Part shown: positions 38,080 to 50,825 of the stretch, piece by piece | Layout: each line of letters opens with the position of its first letter | Numbering within the stretch: the stretch's first letter is position 1 | DNA from: Camelus ferus | Taxonomy: Eukaryota | Length of the DNA: 64,000 nucleotides | Assembly: GCF_009834535.1 (NCBI RefSeq) | Contig: NC_045697.1 | Location: forward strand, 16,928,001-16,992,000 | Direction of reading: 5' to 3' | Made by a program: the position numbers and the translations under genes | The notes under the pieces: generated by a model | What the model was told of the DNA's origin: nothing | Databases searched by the model: none | Seen by the model: the letters and a program-made list of their open reading frames with translations, nothing else

Positions 38080-38910
38080 CCTGATGCCACCCAGATGGAA
38101 GAGCCCCCTTCAGCCTCACTGCCCACCACACCCTGTGACATGACCAGCCGCTCACCATCTTCCAAACATGAGCCAGATGTCTACTCATCTAGTTCTTTGT
38201 TCACAAGGCTCCCTCTGCCTGGAATGCCTTTTCACCCTCTTCATCACCTGGAAAGCCCTCACTCTTCCCCTAAGACCCAACTTGGTCATCTGTCAAGTGA
38301 GCATGAACAAGGAGATGTCACCCCAACGTCTCTCCCAGCCTTTTATGTCAATGATATGTGATTTTAAGGCATGCATCAAACAGTCCAACTTCCTTGAACC
38401 ACAAAGCCACTCCTGATAGATTCCTGGGGCACAATTCCTCTCACTCCCCTGAACTTCCATCCCATGTGCTCAGACTGCTACCAGAGCACTGAACATACCG
38501 ACCTGTAATTAGCTGTTTATTTATTAGTTCATCCTTCCACATAGAGTGGGTGTAACTAGAGGGCAGGATCTGTGTCCTTATTAATTTTTACTTTATATAA
38601 CAAGAGTTATGTGCCCACAACTATGCATCGACCACTATTCTAAGTGTATTACAGGTACTTATCCACTTAATCCTCACAGCAACCCAATGAAGTGGATACT
38701 GTCATTATCTCATCTTGCCCACAAAAGAATTGAGAGAGTTTATGTAACGTGCTCAAGGTCATACAGCTGGTAAGAGTGATCCATGGTATGAACCAGGCTC
38801 TTAAGTGCTACCTTATGCTATTTTCACTGATCTTTGTACCCTCAGGACTTTGCCCAGAGGTCTATTTAAAATGTAGAGCTCAGTACACGTGTCTTAGCTA
38901 ATTGCATAAA
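38080..38910 (+). mobile_element. L2 3' fragments interrupted by a minus-strand MIR (~38600-38815)
   Basis: ccctctgcctggaatgcc...agagggcaggatctgtgtc; MIR ttaatcctcacagcaaccc...aaggtcatacagctggtaag. Confidence 0.65.
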
Positions 38911-38959
38911 TGAACAGCGCACAACTACTGGCTCGCCCGAGCTAGACCCTCTTGGAGAG

Positions 38960-39330
38960 TGTTGGGCTATAGAATCTAAAGGTAGTGAACAGATTTGGAA
39001 AAGGTTCAGAGAAACTCAAGAAGATGGAAATGAAGAATTATTCCTAAGGATTTAGGTTGCTTAGCCTTGAGGAGCAAAAGCTGAAGGCTGCTTTCATAAT
39101 GATCTTCAAGGCCAGGAAGGCTGATTCCTGAAGACAGTGACTGAGCTGTTTTTCTCCACCTCCATGGAGGATGAAGGGGCAGGACTGGTCCTAGGCTGCA
39201 ACGGGTGCGGTTTAAATCCGCCACAAGGAAGCATTTCTTTAACCTAAGAATCATTTGTTAGACCCAGGAAAGAGTTATGGAGAGAAGGCTACAGAAGGTC
39301 ATCAGTCTTCAGCCTTTTGGACTTGCTTCT
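38960..39330 (+). mobile_element. L3/CR1 LINE 3' fragment
   Basis: 39057-39110 translates LLSLEEQKLKAAFIMIFK, like the CR1 ORF2 C-terminal motif LFSLEKRRLRGDLITVFK; followed by ctgtttttctccacctcca...aggaagcatttct. Confidence 0.7.
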
Positions 39331-40479
39331 GCTCAGAGTGAGGAGCATGGAGGGTGAAAACCAACAGTGACATGGCATCCCAAGGTCTCTTCTAGCTTCA
39401 TAAATCGATGGTGTGTGAATCTCAGAAGAACATCAAACACTTCATCTTCCTGGACCCAATGAAGGGATGAATGAATGAGTCCCAGATACTTCAGAAGGCA
39501 GTAAAAAATTACAATCAGCAAAAAAGCAGGGGACTTCTCAAACATACCATTGTGCCAGAAATGTAACAACAGAAGAAAAATGGAGCCTGTATTCTGATTA
39601 ACCTAAACTCTTAAGGTTTCTACATTCAAAACATTTCTTACTAGATCCATCATACTCCTGCCATCAAGTTAGAACCGGTCAGTCTCTATCCTCAGGTGCT
39701 GATTTTATCCCATCATCACAATTTGCTCATTTGATAGATGACATTAGTATCTTGAAGCAGAGATTTCTCTAAACATCAAGTAAACTCAAAATACAAACCA
39801 CAATTCCATCGATTTCAATGTGGGGGTGTATCAAACACAAAGAAACATATTCTTTCCTGACAGCAGGAAACAACCTCAAACATACTTTTTTTCCTTCCTG
39901 CATGGAAACAGAAATGCAAAGTAACCATGGAATTGGAAGGCAAGGTGGAGAGTAACACGAAACTATGTGTGCATTTGGTATTATTTCAATGATACAGTTC
40001 TGTTTTATTTTCAGTTATTTAGAGATAAAAATCATACCCTTATAGAATGCTTTACATCAGACACAATGTTTTCAAACACACATTATTTCACTAAATTTTT
40101 ACCTGGGAAGTGGTGTTTCCCATCTTACAGAGGAGGAAACATATGAGAGAAAGAGAAAAGGGACTTGCCTGAGGCCACACATCTGAGTCCAATAGGCCTT
40201 CCCCAGTCAGGCCCTCTAGTTTCCAGGCCTACCGTTTCCCACAGACCTGCTGGGCACTGGGCCCGCCTGGTCTAGGCTCCATGGACTAGTTAGGTGATCC
40301 TCACCTCTCTGAAACTTCCTTATCTACAAATTGAGGCTCTCTGGCTGCAAGCTCTTGGTCATATCCCTGATATTCTCACCTTCTCTGGGTTTTCTGAGTC
40401 CTCACAGGGTTTTGTTTAGCCTGCTGGTATAAAATACTATAGGATTCATATTCATATTTCTCTAACTTTCCTCCACTGT

Positions 40480-41330
40480 TAAGTTAGTTATTGCCCCCAC
40501 CATCATGAGCCCAAAAACCATCTTCCTCTCCAGCGATCTCTTTTCAGATGATGTCACTGATAACCACCTAGCCACCCTAAAGAGCCATTCGAGTCTCCAC
40601 ACCCTCACTCCCTGCATCAATCAATCACCAAATCCAGAGGCTGGTGTCTTCTAGATATTTTGGAATCTAACCTTCCATCTCCATCTTATTTCCACGGTCC
40701 AGCCAGCCCTCACTGAAGCAGCTTCTTAGCTGGGTTTCTGGCCTCTAGTCTGATTACAGTCTAATTTATCTTCCACACTGAAGCCAGAATGATATGTCTT
40801 TTTAAAAAAATGTTGATTTCTATGTCATGCCTCTGCTTAAAACCCATCTGTGGCTGTCCACTGCCATTTGAAGCTGTTTGGTCTGACCACACAGGAACTT
40901 TCTCCTTCCTGCTCCTTCAGACTCATCACCACTCCTGCCTCACCCTGAAAGGCCAGCACCAAAGGACACTGGCTGCTCGACACATACTTTGGAGACTCTG
41001 TCCTTCCTGTCCCTGACGTGTTCTCTCTCTTGGCCTAAACACTCTTCCTAGCTCTTTGTCTGGCTTAAGTCCTTCTCTTTGTTTAGTTAGCGCCAGGTTA
41101 CCTCCCCCATGCAACCCCTTAGGCAGATGGAAGGCCGCTCCTCTGTGCGTCCGTGACACATGGAACATTCTGTGGCTAGGACATCCTATAAGGACCTGCT
41201 GTGCTCTCTCCACCATGACCCCTCAAGTTCAAAGGCAATGTCTCTGGTCACCTTCTCATTCACTTAAGTGTGGATGTGCTCTGCACATGATACCCATTCA
41301 AGAAAACATTGAATGGCTGATCTCACTAAA
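40480..41330 (+). mobile_element. L2 LINE fragments
   Basis: tcaatcaatcaccaaatcc...ttccacactgaagccagaatgat...ctgcttaaaaccc...tggct. Confidence 0.7.
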
Positions 41331-41349
41331 CAGAGGATGGATACAGAGC

Positions 41350-41615
41350 AGCTGACATGTATAGTGAGCACTGTGGGTCACTAAACGGTACTTACTGATG
41401 GGTTCTTCTAAGTTCTTTTCATAACTCGATTCATTTAATCCTCACAACAACTTATAGGGTAGCTAGGATAATTATCTCCATTTTGTAGGTGAGGAAACTG
41501 AAGCACAGAGAGGTTAGAAACTGTACCAGTGTTACACAGTTAGAAATGGGCAACACCAAGGTTAGAACCCAGAAGTCTGGCCCTAGATCCCATGTTCTCA
41601 ACCCTTATGCTATTG
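41350..41615 (-). mobile_element. MIR SINE
   Basis: tcatttaatcctcacaacaac...ccattttgtaggtgaggaaactgaagcacagagaggtta. Confidence 0.9.
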
Positions 41616-42669
41616 CTCGTGCCCAGACAGGGATACTGTGATAAACAGAGGCATCTAAACAGACACAGGTAATATATTCTAGCTCCGATTTTACAGATGG
41701 GAGAGTTGAGACCTAGGAAGTTTATGGGGAAGCAATCCAGGGAAAAGGAAGAAAGCTAAACAGGGGGTGCACACTTTTTGCTCCTCACTAACCAGCAGTC
41801 GAGCTCAGGGCAGTCACTTAGCCTTCCTCAGCCTTGGTTCTTCAAGTGTAAAATCAGGGCGTTGGGGCCACATTACATCTTAGCTTTCTTCCAGATCAAA
41901 TTGGCAATTCCCTACAGTTAGGCAAACATCACCAGGGTTAAGCACGTGACAGGCTCAGTGCTAAGGGCAGAGACACAGGCAAACAAGATGCATCTCTGCC
42001 CTTTAGGAATTCATCTTCTGGTGGGGGAGACAGGTACAGGCAGACAGTATTGATAGATGAATTCACAATGGCCACACTGCAATCTTAAAGGGGACCATCC
42101 CAAGATAAAACATTACCTCATTAGAAGAAATGAGTCCTTTGCCCCTCTATAATGTCTTACAACTGACCATTGCCCAGAACAATGAAGCATCAGTGCCTCC
42201 TCCCACCTTCTCTCCAACGCCCCATTCAAGCATGATCAGCTCGGTTTAAGAAGCAGCCTTTAGTAACTTTGCCAGGAGTCAGATGGTTACCTGGTGGCCT
42301 AAGTCACTGCCATCTTGGTTCCCAACTTCTCCCAGAGATGAAATGGGCTATGTGAGACCAGAGATTAACTCTGCTCTTGGTTTTTCAGTACAGGTTATAT
42401 TCTTAAATGGATTCTTAGGTTTATAGTTGATTCTAGAAATTGCATCCAGTTCATTTCCAACTCCATGGGTAAGCTGGTTCATTTAAGGCAAACAGCATCC
42501 AATTAAAATACATTCTGGAAAAATGAGGGAGCAAGGCATTTTTGCCCAAATCTTAACTTATTAAAAAAAAAAAAAACTATCAGGGGAGTTCTCAAGGACC
42601 AGATGTCATCACATCATGGTGAGATGAGATAGTTAAAATATGTATGATCAATCTGTAATCTGAAAATAA

Positions 42670-42910
42670 ACTCTGAGAGGCAGCCTTGTATAGGGTACAG
42701 GCTTTGGGGCCAGTCTGAGTGGGTCCACATCCCTTTTTATCATCTCAGATGATAATGTAGCTGTATGACCTTGGACATGTTCCTTAACACTGCTGAGCCT
42801 CAGTTTCCCCATCTGTATAATAGGATTAAATAATATCTGTCTGTCAGAGTACTTGTAAGAATTAAAAATGTAGCTTAGAGCCTGGAAGAGAGTAAGGGTT
42901 AAAAAATAAA
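42670..42910 (+). mobile_element. MIR SINE (a second copy lies at ~43100-43245)
   Basis: agctgtatgaccttggaca...gagcctcagtttccccatctgtataatagg. Confidence 0.88.
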
Positions 42911-45317
42911 CTACAAAAAACATTTTATTAAAATCTTAATGATTCAGAAATTGATTATTCCATTAGAAGATCGTCATGCTTTTTTGTTTTCTTCCTCTTT
43001 CTTCCTGCCTGCCCACATCACAGCTGCTCATAAGCTATTATTCCACGAGATAAAAAATGAGATAAAATTCAGTTCAGACGGTAAAGCAGTCAAAGTGGGA
43101 AGAGCACCACCACTGGAGCCAAACAGGAATGGATTTGAATACTGGATGGCTTTGGACGGGTTATGTAACCTCCTTGAGTCTTAATTTCTTTATCTATAAA
43201 ATGCGGGTAGTCATATCCACCTTTTAGGCTTCTTAGGAAGATTGGAGTGTGTATGTATGTTTGTTTACACACACACACACAAACACACACAAACTCTAGC
43301 ACTGCTTGGTAAATAGTAGCTAGGTAAAAAAGTATTGGATCAAGACGTAGTACTTGGTTAAATTGAAGCTTCAGTTTCAGTCATGATTTGTTTTTAATAT
43401 GTCCCCAACTCCATCACTACCATGAATAACCAAAAGAAGTCACTCTCACGACAAAGGTCTTACAACAAATGCCATCAGATTTCATTTCCTCCTTTAGGGA
43501 CAGCTTGAGCGTTGGCTGAAATGGGGTGACTCTGTGGATGTGAGGACCCAGCACGGTGACACAGATGGCTGGAGAGTGCGGGCAGAGCACCAGAAGCAGT
43601 GAAGCAGGGACTGACACACTGTGACCCACAGTGCCAGGCATGACCCAGAGTCAGGGAGGATGCCCTTTCCAAAACCAGTACCTCTACCAGCTACAGGGAG
43701 AGCTTCAGTTACCATAACATCAATGGCAAGAGTCAACTGGTAGAGGATCACATCTTTGGAGGCCAGGAGCCTGGAGAACACTTTCACTGTCTGCCTTTTG
43801 GGAAATCACTAAGCCAAAGGTTCCTGGGATGCTAACCCTTATAGGACACATGCTTTTTCTCAAGAACATTTGGATTTCATGTTCCTAGTTTAAATATTTT
43901 GTCCACAGAGATCTCTGAGTCATCTCCTCACATCCTTCCTCCCTTCATCCTCCCTTGAAAGGAAGACTGTGTAAAAGATGCCAACTTTCTAAAGGAAAAC
44001 ATAAACAAAAGACAAAAAATCGAAAAGTCACATCAACATGCCATAAAATATCTGAATATCTCTTTAGACCCCCTGGGGACCTACCATGTGACGTTCTCAA
44101 AGAAGCATGCCAAGATTCATGTGTATGCTTTCCTGCTTCCTAAATAACACTCCCACTCAAAGTGGAAGGACTCCAATTCCCTGACAGGCTGGAGGATGTT
44201 TTTCCGAAGCACCTTACTTAACATCACATTGCTTAGAACAGAATATACCTGTCAATATCAGTACTACATTTCAATAAAATCTCTATGGCAAAGGAGAAAT
44301 CTTCTGAAAAGAGTTTCTCCATTTATAAAAAAAAAATGGAGAATTATTTTTTAAAAATGAGGCTGAAAATCAACTCATCTTGAATCACCATTTTTATAGG
44401 AAACTTTCTGCTCTAGACGAAATGGAAAATCACAGTTTCACTTTATCCAACACCACCCATAAGAAATGCTTCATGCACAGAAGTGTTCTTTTTTCCATAA
44501 GGCAGCAGCATGAGAAAAAAAAAAAAAAAAGCTCTGGCATCGCTCTTCAATATTGTTGTCTAATTAAATGGCAATGGAGTGGATGCGTAAAAATATGCAT
44601 TAGAGGTGTGTAATGTATAATGTGAAGAAGAGTAATCAAAGCCATTCAGCAGGATTTAGGAAGGGATTTCAGTTGGCAGCTTACGAGGCAGGAGCATATA
44701 ATTTTGCTAATTTGAAATAGGTATTGTAACATATAAACATTACTGCTTTGCATATTTTAATGAAAACTGCCTCTACACCAAAATGAATCCTTTAGCTCGA
44801 ACTTTCTGCATACCACCAAGCTTCTACCTATTATGGGTTCGGCATAAATAAGAAAGGCATGCAAGCTGCATTAAAAGAATGGTCACCTCATTAAAATAGG
44901 TTAAAACCAAGCCCCTTATTCCAAGCTCCTATAACACCATAGTGTATGTCTGATGACAGGTGTTGTATTAAATTTTTATCTCGCAATGAACTTATACTCA
45001 CACAAACCAAATCTCCACATTTCCTTTGATATACACCTGCAACTTGTTAATTCAAGGGCCTTTATTAAGAAAGTATAAATTTAGCAACCTCTATAGATTT
45101 GTAAAACTCCATTAGCTTGCTCAAGAATCTAGAGGAATTCACTTGGAGTCTTATTTGCATGGTTTACAAAGAAACGGAAATTAATGATGACTTTTTCCCA
45201 AATGGACGTGCCTGCAGAGAATGCATTTGTGCAAACAGACTGATGTGAATTACCCAGACTTGGGCTAAGAGTTGAGAGAGAGATTTGGGTCCGTCTGGAG
45301 CTGAGGACATCACTTAC

Positions 45318-45386
45318 CTGCCAGCTCGCTTCTCGCTGAAGTCCTTTTTTCCAGTCTTCTTCCAGTCTGGGGGAGGTCTCATCCAT
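45318..45386 (-). CDS. PPARGC1A: Coding part of an alternative upstream exon of PGC-1alpha (CNS-type exon B5), 23 aa MDETSPRLEEDWKKGLQREASWQ, expected to splice in phase 0 to exon 2 outside the window
   Basis: Seen: ATG at 45386-45384 in strong Kozak context (gcaATGG), an in-frame TAA 15 nt upstream (45401-45399), 23 codons, then CAG|GTAAGT (GT at 45317-45316). Knowledge, recalled not searched: human isoform B5 replaces MAWDMCNQDSESVWSDIE with MDETSPRLEEDWKKVLQREAGWQ before CAALVGEDQ; 21/23 identical. Confidence 0.9.
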
Positions 45387-45483
45387 TGCTGATGCTGCTT
45401 ACACAAACTGGATTCGCCAGTGGCTGTTACTCTTTCGGTGCAAGCCTTTACCAAAGCGGCAGCGAGGGCAGTTCAGGGGCAGA
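45318..45483 (-). other. PPARGC1A: Probable full exon (166 nt) including 97 nt of 5' UTR
   Basis: Minus-strand acceptor cattttctccatgacAG|tctgcc (AG at 45485-45484), no upstream ATG in the UTR part, and the donor at 45317. The acceptor choice is inferred. Confidence 0.6.
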
Positions 45484-45775
45484 CTGTCATGGAGAAAATG
45501 CCATGCCAGAGGATGAGGGATCAGGCAGGAAGAAGCCACGCGGGAACAAATTTGGGATACACGGGGCTACCCTGACAGCTGCCAACTGGCCAGGCAGGAG
45601 GCCAGCTCAGCCACTGAGCGTCCAGAGATTAGGAACAACCGAGCTCCAGGGCCAGTGGACAATGGGTCATTCTTATGCTTCTGGCATAAAGGTCAGACGA
45701 GGGAAGTGTGAAGGCATGCTCTATGACCTAGAAATGTGCATTTCTATGTGCGTTCCCGTCTTTCCTCATCCCAAA

Positions 45776-45810
45776 ACACACACGCACGCGCGCACACACA
45801 CACACACACA
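45776..45810 (+). repeat. (CA)n/(CG)n alternating purine-pyrimidine tract
   Basis: acacacacgcacgcgcgcacacacacacacacaca. Confidence 0.95.
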
Positions 45811-46309
45811 GTCACAGCAGAATTTGCATTATTCTGCAGGGCTGCATCAGTGGGCTAGAGTATCCTGGAAGAAATAAGCTACTTTACATAGAAGCAACAC
45901 ATTTCATTTGAGCACATCTCCCCCAGTGCCGTATGAATCACTCAGCAGCCAGTAAACATGAACAGCAAGTTCCTTTGGGAGAAAATGGACTCATTCCTAT
46001 AGTTGAATCCTGAGCATCTATAGTCCCTGGGTCCCCCGCATAGGGAGTTCTGTGGCAGGCACTTCAGCTGACCGTGGACCTCAACCCTTTCCCCAAACTA
46101 TTAGCCAAAATGACAAGAGACATCAGCTTGGATGAACTCCTCAATCCTGGGGGCTCAACAAAGCCAAGCCCAACCAAACTCTGTCCTGTTTCATTACTAT
46201 TTCTCACACAGAATGATACTCTCTCCTGCTGCTCAGAATTGATTACCTGTAGTTTTGAGACATGCAGCTGGGGCTAGTGCCAACTGCATCTACTTCCTTT
46301 CCGTTAAAA

Positions 46310-46492
46310 CAGTGGTCATCGAATTTGGTGGCACAATAGAATCAGCTGGGAAGATCTGTGAAAACACTGTCACAGGAGCCTCCTCCCTAGGGATTCTGAT
46401 TTAATTGGTAGGAATGGGGCCCGAGACACTGTTACAGCTGGTAAAAATCCCACTGGATGATTCCATTGAGTGCCCAGAATTAGAATCACAAA
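46310..46492. mobile_element. MER5-family hAT-Charlie MITE
   Basis: cagtggtc...agaatcagctgggaag...gattctgatttaattggt...ggggccc...gatgattcc. Confidence 0.7.
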
Positions 46493-47039
46493 ACTGAGGA
46501 TTGAGTATCAATTAAGGTTTCTCTAATCTAATCACTTAGCTGATGCCGGAATCCCCAACATCCTGCCAATACCCATACGAACAGTGCTCCTACCGCCAAT
46601 GACAGCCAACGCGCTACCTCCCAAGCCAGTCCTGGTCCATGGTTGATTGTTTTCTCCCAAAATGAACTGACATCCTTCTCCCTGCAACTTCCCTCACTGT
46701 ACTATTTCTTAATTTCATAAAGAATTCTAAAGCCTATTCTGTAGGACAACCCTTCAGCGATCCAAACACAGCAGCAGCCCATGCTCTCAAGCCTCTGCTT
46801 AAGTGTCTCTTAGCCAAGTTAGAACTTGCTAGTTTCTTCAGCACATCATGGAAAGATAAGTTTCAGGTAATTTCTCCATCCTGGCATGCCAGCCTCAAAA
46901 TAGATTCCACTATCCCTAGTGATAGTGATTCTCATATTCCAGAAGTGATTGTAAGATTCCCCACTACGATCTACCATTGCACATAGAGCCTCATAACCCC
47001 ATGTCTTATTTTTTAAATCCCCGCAGTAACCACCACCAT

Positions 47040-47290
47040 AATAATACGATCAGCCAGTATTTACTGAGTATGGACCTACATACCTGGTACTTTGAATGCT
47101 TTATTAACCTCACCTCATTTATCCTTTAAGAACATACCCTGAAGTCATCATTTTGCTCCTGCTTTACAGATGAAAAACCCAAGGGAGACAAAGCTGTTTG
47201 CCTAGGTGATGGGCCAGGAGGTAGCCCAGATCTGACCCCAAGGCCCGTGTTCCCAATCCCTGCTTCATGCCAGTCAGTCTCTTTCACTGA
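47040..47290 (-). mobile_element. MIR SINE
   Basis: atttactgagt...tttacagatgaaaaacccaagg. Confidence 0.7.
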
Positions 47291-47929
47291 TGCTGCCCCA
47301 GGTCTCATTTGACCATCGCACCTCACTGATAGGGCATCAGTGTCAATTAGTACATTTAGGTTTGCTGTCATTTTCAGGTTATATATACATGAATGTGTTC
47401 TGTCGGCTACAAATTGCCACACAAGCATAACTCGCCATTGTTATCCTTTTAATAATTACAAGACTATATACCTTCTACCTCACTTCTAGCAAAGCAAAGA
47501 AATGCAAAATCTTTCCTTTACTGGCTTGGCGCCTCTCTTTTATTGGGAATATTCAGATGCTTCTTCAGAGGTTACCCCGAAGGGTAAGAGAGAAAGCACA
47601 GAGGAGAAAGGGTCCAGAAAATTTCCCCAGAGACTAGACTCAAAGGAAGCCTCACCTGGTTCTTCCCCATTTCCTCTAAATCCTTACCTGACAGGACTCC
47701 ATAAGGAAAACTGGGGCAATTAGTTTTAACATTTGAATCACACCATCTTCAAGGTAGTTGAATCTGTTCTTATGAAAGGCCGTACACAAAGTGGTTGAAC
47801 TTAGTCTTTGAAATCAGACAGAGGTTTCAGTAGCAGCTGCATCACTATCTAGTTCTGTATCCCTGGGCAGTTCCCCTAACCTTTCTGGACCCTGGTTTCC
47901 ACATTTGGAAAAGGGAGGTGGTATTGTTT

Positions 47930-48315
47930 CAAGCATATTATTGTCCATGAGTATCTGATTCCCATCTGTTGCAGGCACATAGTAAGATTGCATTTCCTTA
48001 AATTCCTTAAAATTAGCCATAACCACATGTCTTGTTTTGGCCGATAAAATGTAAGAAAAGTGATGGGTATCACTTCTCAGGGGGAGGCCTTAATCATCAG
48101 CACTTGACTTTAAGCCAACTCTCCCCTACTGCAGTGGCTGCATGTGTTGATAAGAGCACCTTAACATCAAAACAGACTAGAAGGCTGAACCAACTCATGG
48201 AGAACAATTGTCCTGGAGAGTCACATGGACCAACCACAGGCATTATGGGAACAAGAAATAAGCTTCCGGGATTGTTTGTTTTCACAGCATAACCTAACCT
48301 ACCCTGACCAAAACA
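47930..48315 (+). mobile_element. Old MaLR LTR (MLT1J-like) inserted in a MIR (47770-47925 and 48316-48410)
   Basis: Ends caagaaataagct...ttgtttgttttcacagcataacctaacctaccctgaccaaaaca; the MIR resumes with catagagttgttgtaagcatcaaatgaaataat. Confidence 0.7.
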
Positions 48316-49016
48316 CTGTCCTTACCATAGAGTTGTTGTAAGCATCAAATGAAATAATCTTGCTAGAGCACTGTCACAAGCATCGAGTAAGTCACAATAT
48401 TATTTTAAATAAATCCTGTTACAAGCCAGTCTGTTCTACCCACATCCCACATATTCCACTGTTTCCTCCTTCTTTTACAGCCTGGGTTTTTCCTGCTCAT
48501 AAAATAGTAGCATTAAGTGTGGCAATTTCCCTAGATGATGTAGAAATAGGAATTTTAAAAAGAAAGGATAAAAGTGTTCAATAATGCAGCGTCACTCTGT
48601 CTCAGAAAGCAAACTCAGAATAGCATGACTTTAATGCCACTTATCATTTAGCAAGGAAATTAATGAAAACAAAATGAAGCATCAAATACTAAATGTAGTT
48701 CAAGGATGAATTCACTACTGATAAAATAAAGTACACGTCTTCAAAATGTAAACACATGAATATAGAAGCTTATTAAATAGCATAGCTTTTATTCCCTATT
48801 CTTAAATCAAGCAATCAAAAAATATTTCATTTTGTTTCTTTCTTTGTAAATATTTCCATTAAAGGAAGGTTCAACTATAAAAACTAAAGGTGTAAGGAAA
48901 GCAGATTGCAACACTGACATTTCAAGACACAAACTCAAACCTGCTTTGAAACACTGTTGGGAGAGTCTTTTTTAAAAAAATATTTTGCAAATGCAAATGC
49001 TAAAAACTATGCCCTA

Positions 49017-49283
49017 TGTTATGAGTTGAATTGTGTCCTCCCCCTAAAATAGACTGGAATCCTACCCCTAATACTTCAGAAGGGGATCTTACTTGGATAT
49101 AGGGTCTTTACATAGGTATCCAAGCCAAAATAAATTTGGGATGGGTCTTAATCCAAAATGACTGGCTTTCTTATCAAAAAGGGGAAATGTGGACATAGGA
49201 CAAAAGCACACAGAGAGAATGCCACGTGAAGATGAAGGCAGAGATTGGGGTGATGCATCTACAAGCCAAGGGTTGCCAGCAAA
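49017..49283 (+). mobile_element. MLT1 (MaLR) LTR 5' part
   Basis: tgttatgagttgaattgtgtcctccc...atagggtctttaca...gtgaagatgaaggcagagattggggtgatgcatctacaagccaagg. Confidence 0.9.
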
Positions 49284-50179
49284 TCATTATTTTTCCCTCA
49301 AGATAAGCAGCTTGTTAAGAATATGCTGACTAATATGGAACAGTTTTAGAATTTGTAACATTTTCCTTAAGGAAAAGTTACATGAAAAAATAGAAAAGGA
49401 AATACCTATACAAAATGCATCAATTCTCTCTTGATTTTAAGGAAAATTCCTCTAATTTATAGACTAACAATGGGTTACTTCATTTTAAGAATCAAAGAAC
49501 TAAAAATTAAGGGGTTTCCCAGTCACTTACGCTATGCATTCCACAGTGGTCTATGATGGTAAAATAGGGCACTTTAACCTGCTCTCCAGGATGCAGATAT
49601 TTGGTCTAGAAGAGAAAATGAAAGAAAGCTTGGGGTGGGGAGAGCAGGGGGACATTGATGAATATAAGTACAGAGCCAAGGAGTCCCCAGGCATGGGAGA
49701 AACTGATGGTCCTTCACCCACCAACAGGGCTTTGTACACACTGCCACTGTCAAACACCTGGGCTAGAATTTTTATGAGTTCCTACCAGCCACTTTATTCT
49801 ACATTCTCCATTTCCATCCATTCCCAATGAAATTTTCCAAGACATTTTCCCAAAAACTTTTACTTCTGTTTTTGCTCATTTTTTATTAGAAGCTAAGAGT
49901 AAGGTGTTTACCTTTAGAAATTTGCTTCACAAAAAATCTATAATAAATGTATCAAATGTGCAACGGCAGAGGTGTCTGTACATTAACCCTCACAAAACAA
50001 AGTAAAAACAAAGAAACAAATGAAAACAGGTGTCATAAAAGTGAGAAATCTGAAAAAGATGAACTCTGGCAACGTAGTCTTATTTTGGAAAGGAAAAAAA
50101 TAGAATGTTGGTTTCCATTCCACTGTTTCACTGGAATAATTAATGCTTACCATTCCCTTTGTAAAATATCTAAACCAAA

Positions 50180-50825
50180 CTACAGTGATGCCCACAGAAC
50201 TGTGGCCAATAGAACACTGTAGCTAGGAGAATATTTTCTTGTACATCTATGTACTTTGGCTCCCATGTAGCTGAACTGTATGCTTACCAAGATTCACTTG
50301 TGTTTGTTCCCAATCCTGTTTATACCAGTGGTGCCCATTAATGCAATTACATAATTTAATTAAATAGTATATCTATAAAATATGAGTTTCAATGGAAAGG
50401 CAGTTGCTGCTTTCATGAAACTAGTCAAATGCTTTGGAAAGAAAAATCGCTTTAAAAATTTTGCTGTTGTGGGGGCAGGGATTATAAAAATCTACACAGA
50501 TACGCTACTCAGGTGACTGGTCACTGCCTTAAAACTCTTAATTCACTTTGAAGAAATTGAAACTGGAATTTACAGAGGTTCCTCTAGGGATATAACTTAA
50601 ACAAACAAACAAACAAAAAAGCCCCCAGAACTCCACTCTGTGGACTGCTAACCTAGAGAAAAGGCCTTGGCCCCACAGCAATATACTAGTGGATAAATGT
50701 GTATTTATGGATTTTAAGCAAAAGTCAAATTTTTGGGTATGTACATGATTTATGATCCCCCAACTTAATCAGTTTATATGATTAATCAGTCAACAACCAT
50801 TTTCAATTGTATGCAATAAGAAGGC
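50180..50825 (+). mobile_element. TcMar-Tigger DNA transposon fossil
   Basis: Broken frames give LKKLKLEF..., RTPLCG and REKALA, resembling the CENP-B-type HTH (P.SGP...EKA) of Tigger transposases. Confidence 0.55.

Noticed and set aside
45129..45317. Read-through of the MDETSPRL ORF to 85 aa (VSDVLSSRR...)
   Set aside because: The continuation starts exactly at the GTAAGT donor, where similarity to the recalled B5 peptide ends; it is intron.
45729..45746. Short inverted repeat tagaaatg-tg-catttcta
   Set aside because: An 8-bp stem is expected by chance in 64 kb; no ncRNA features.
45386..45877. 163-aa plus-strand ORF
   Set aside because: TTG start, antisense to the exon's UTR, runs through a CA repeat (THTHART), and resembles no known protein.
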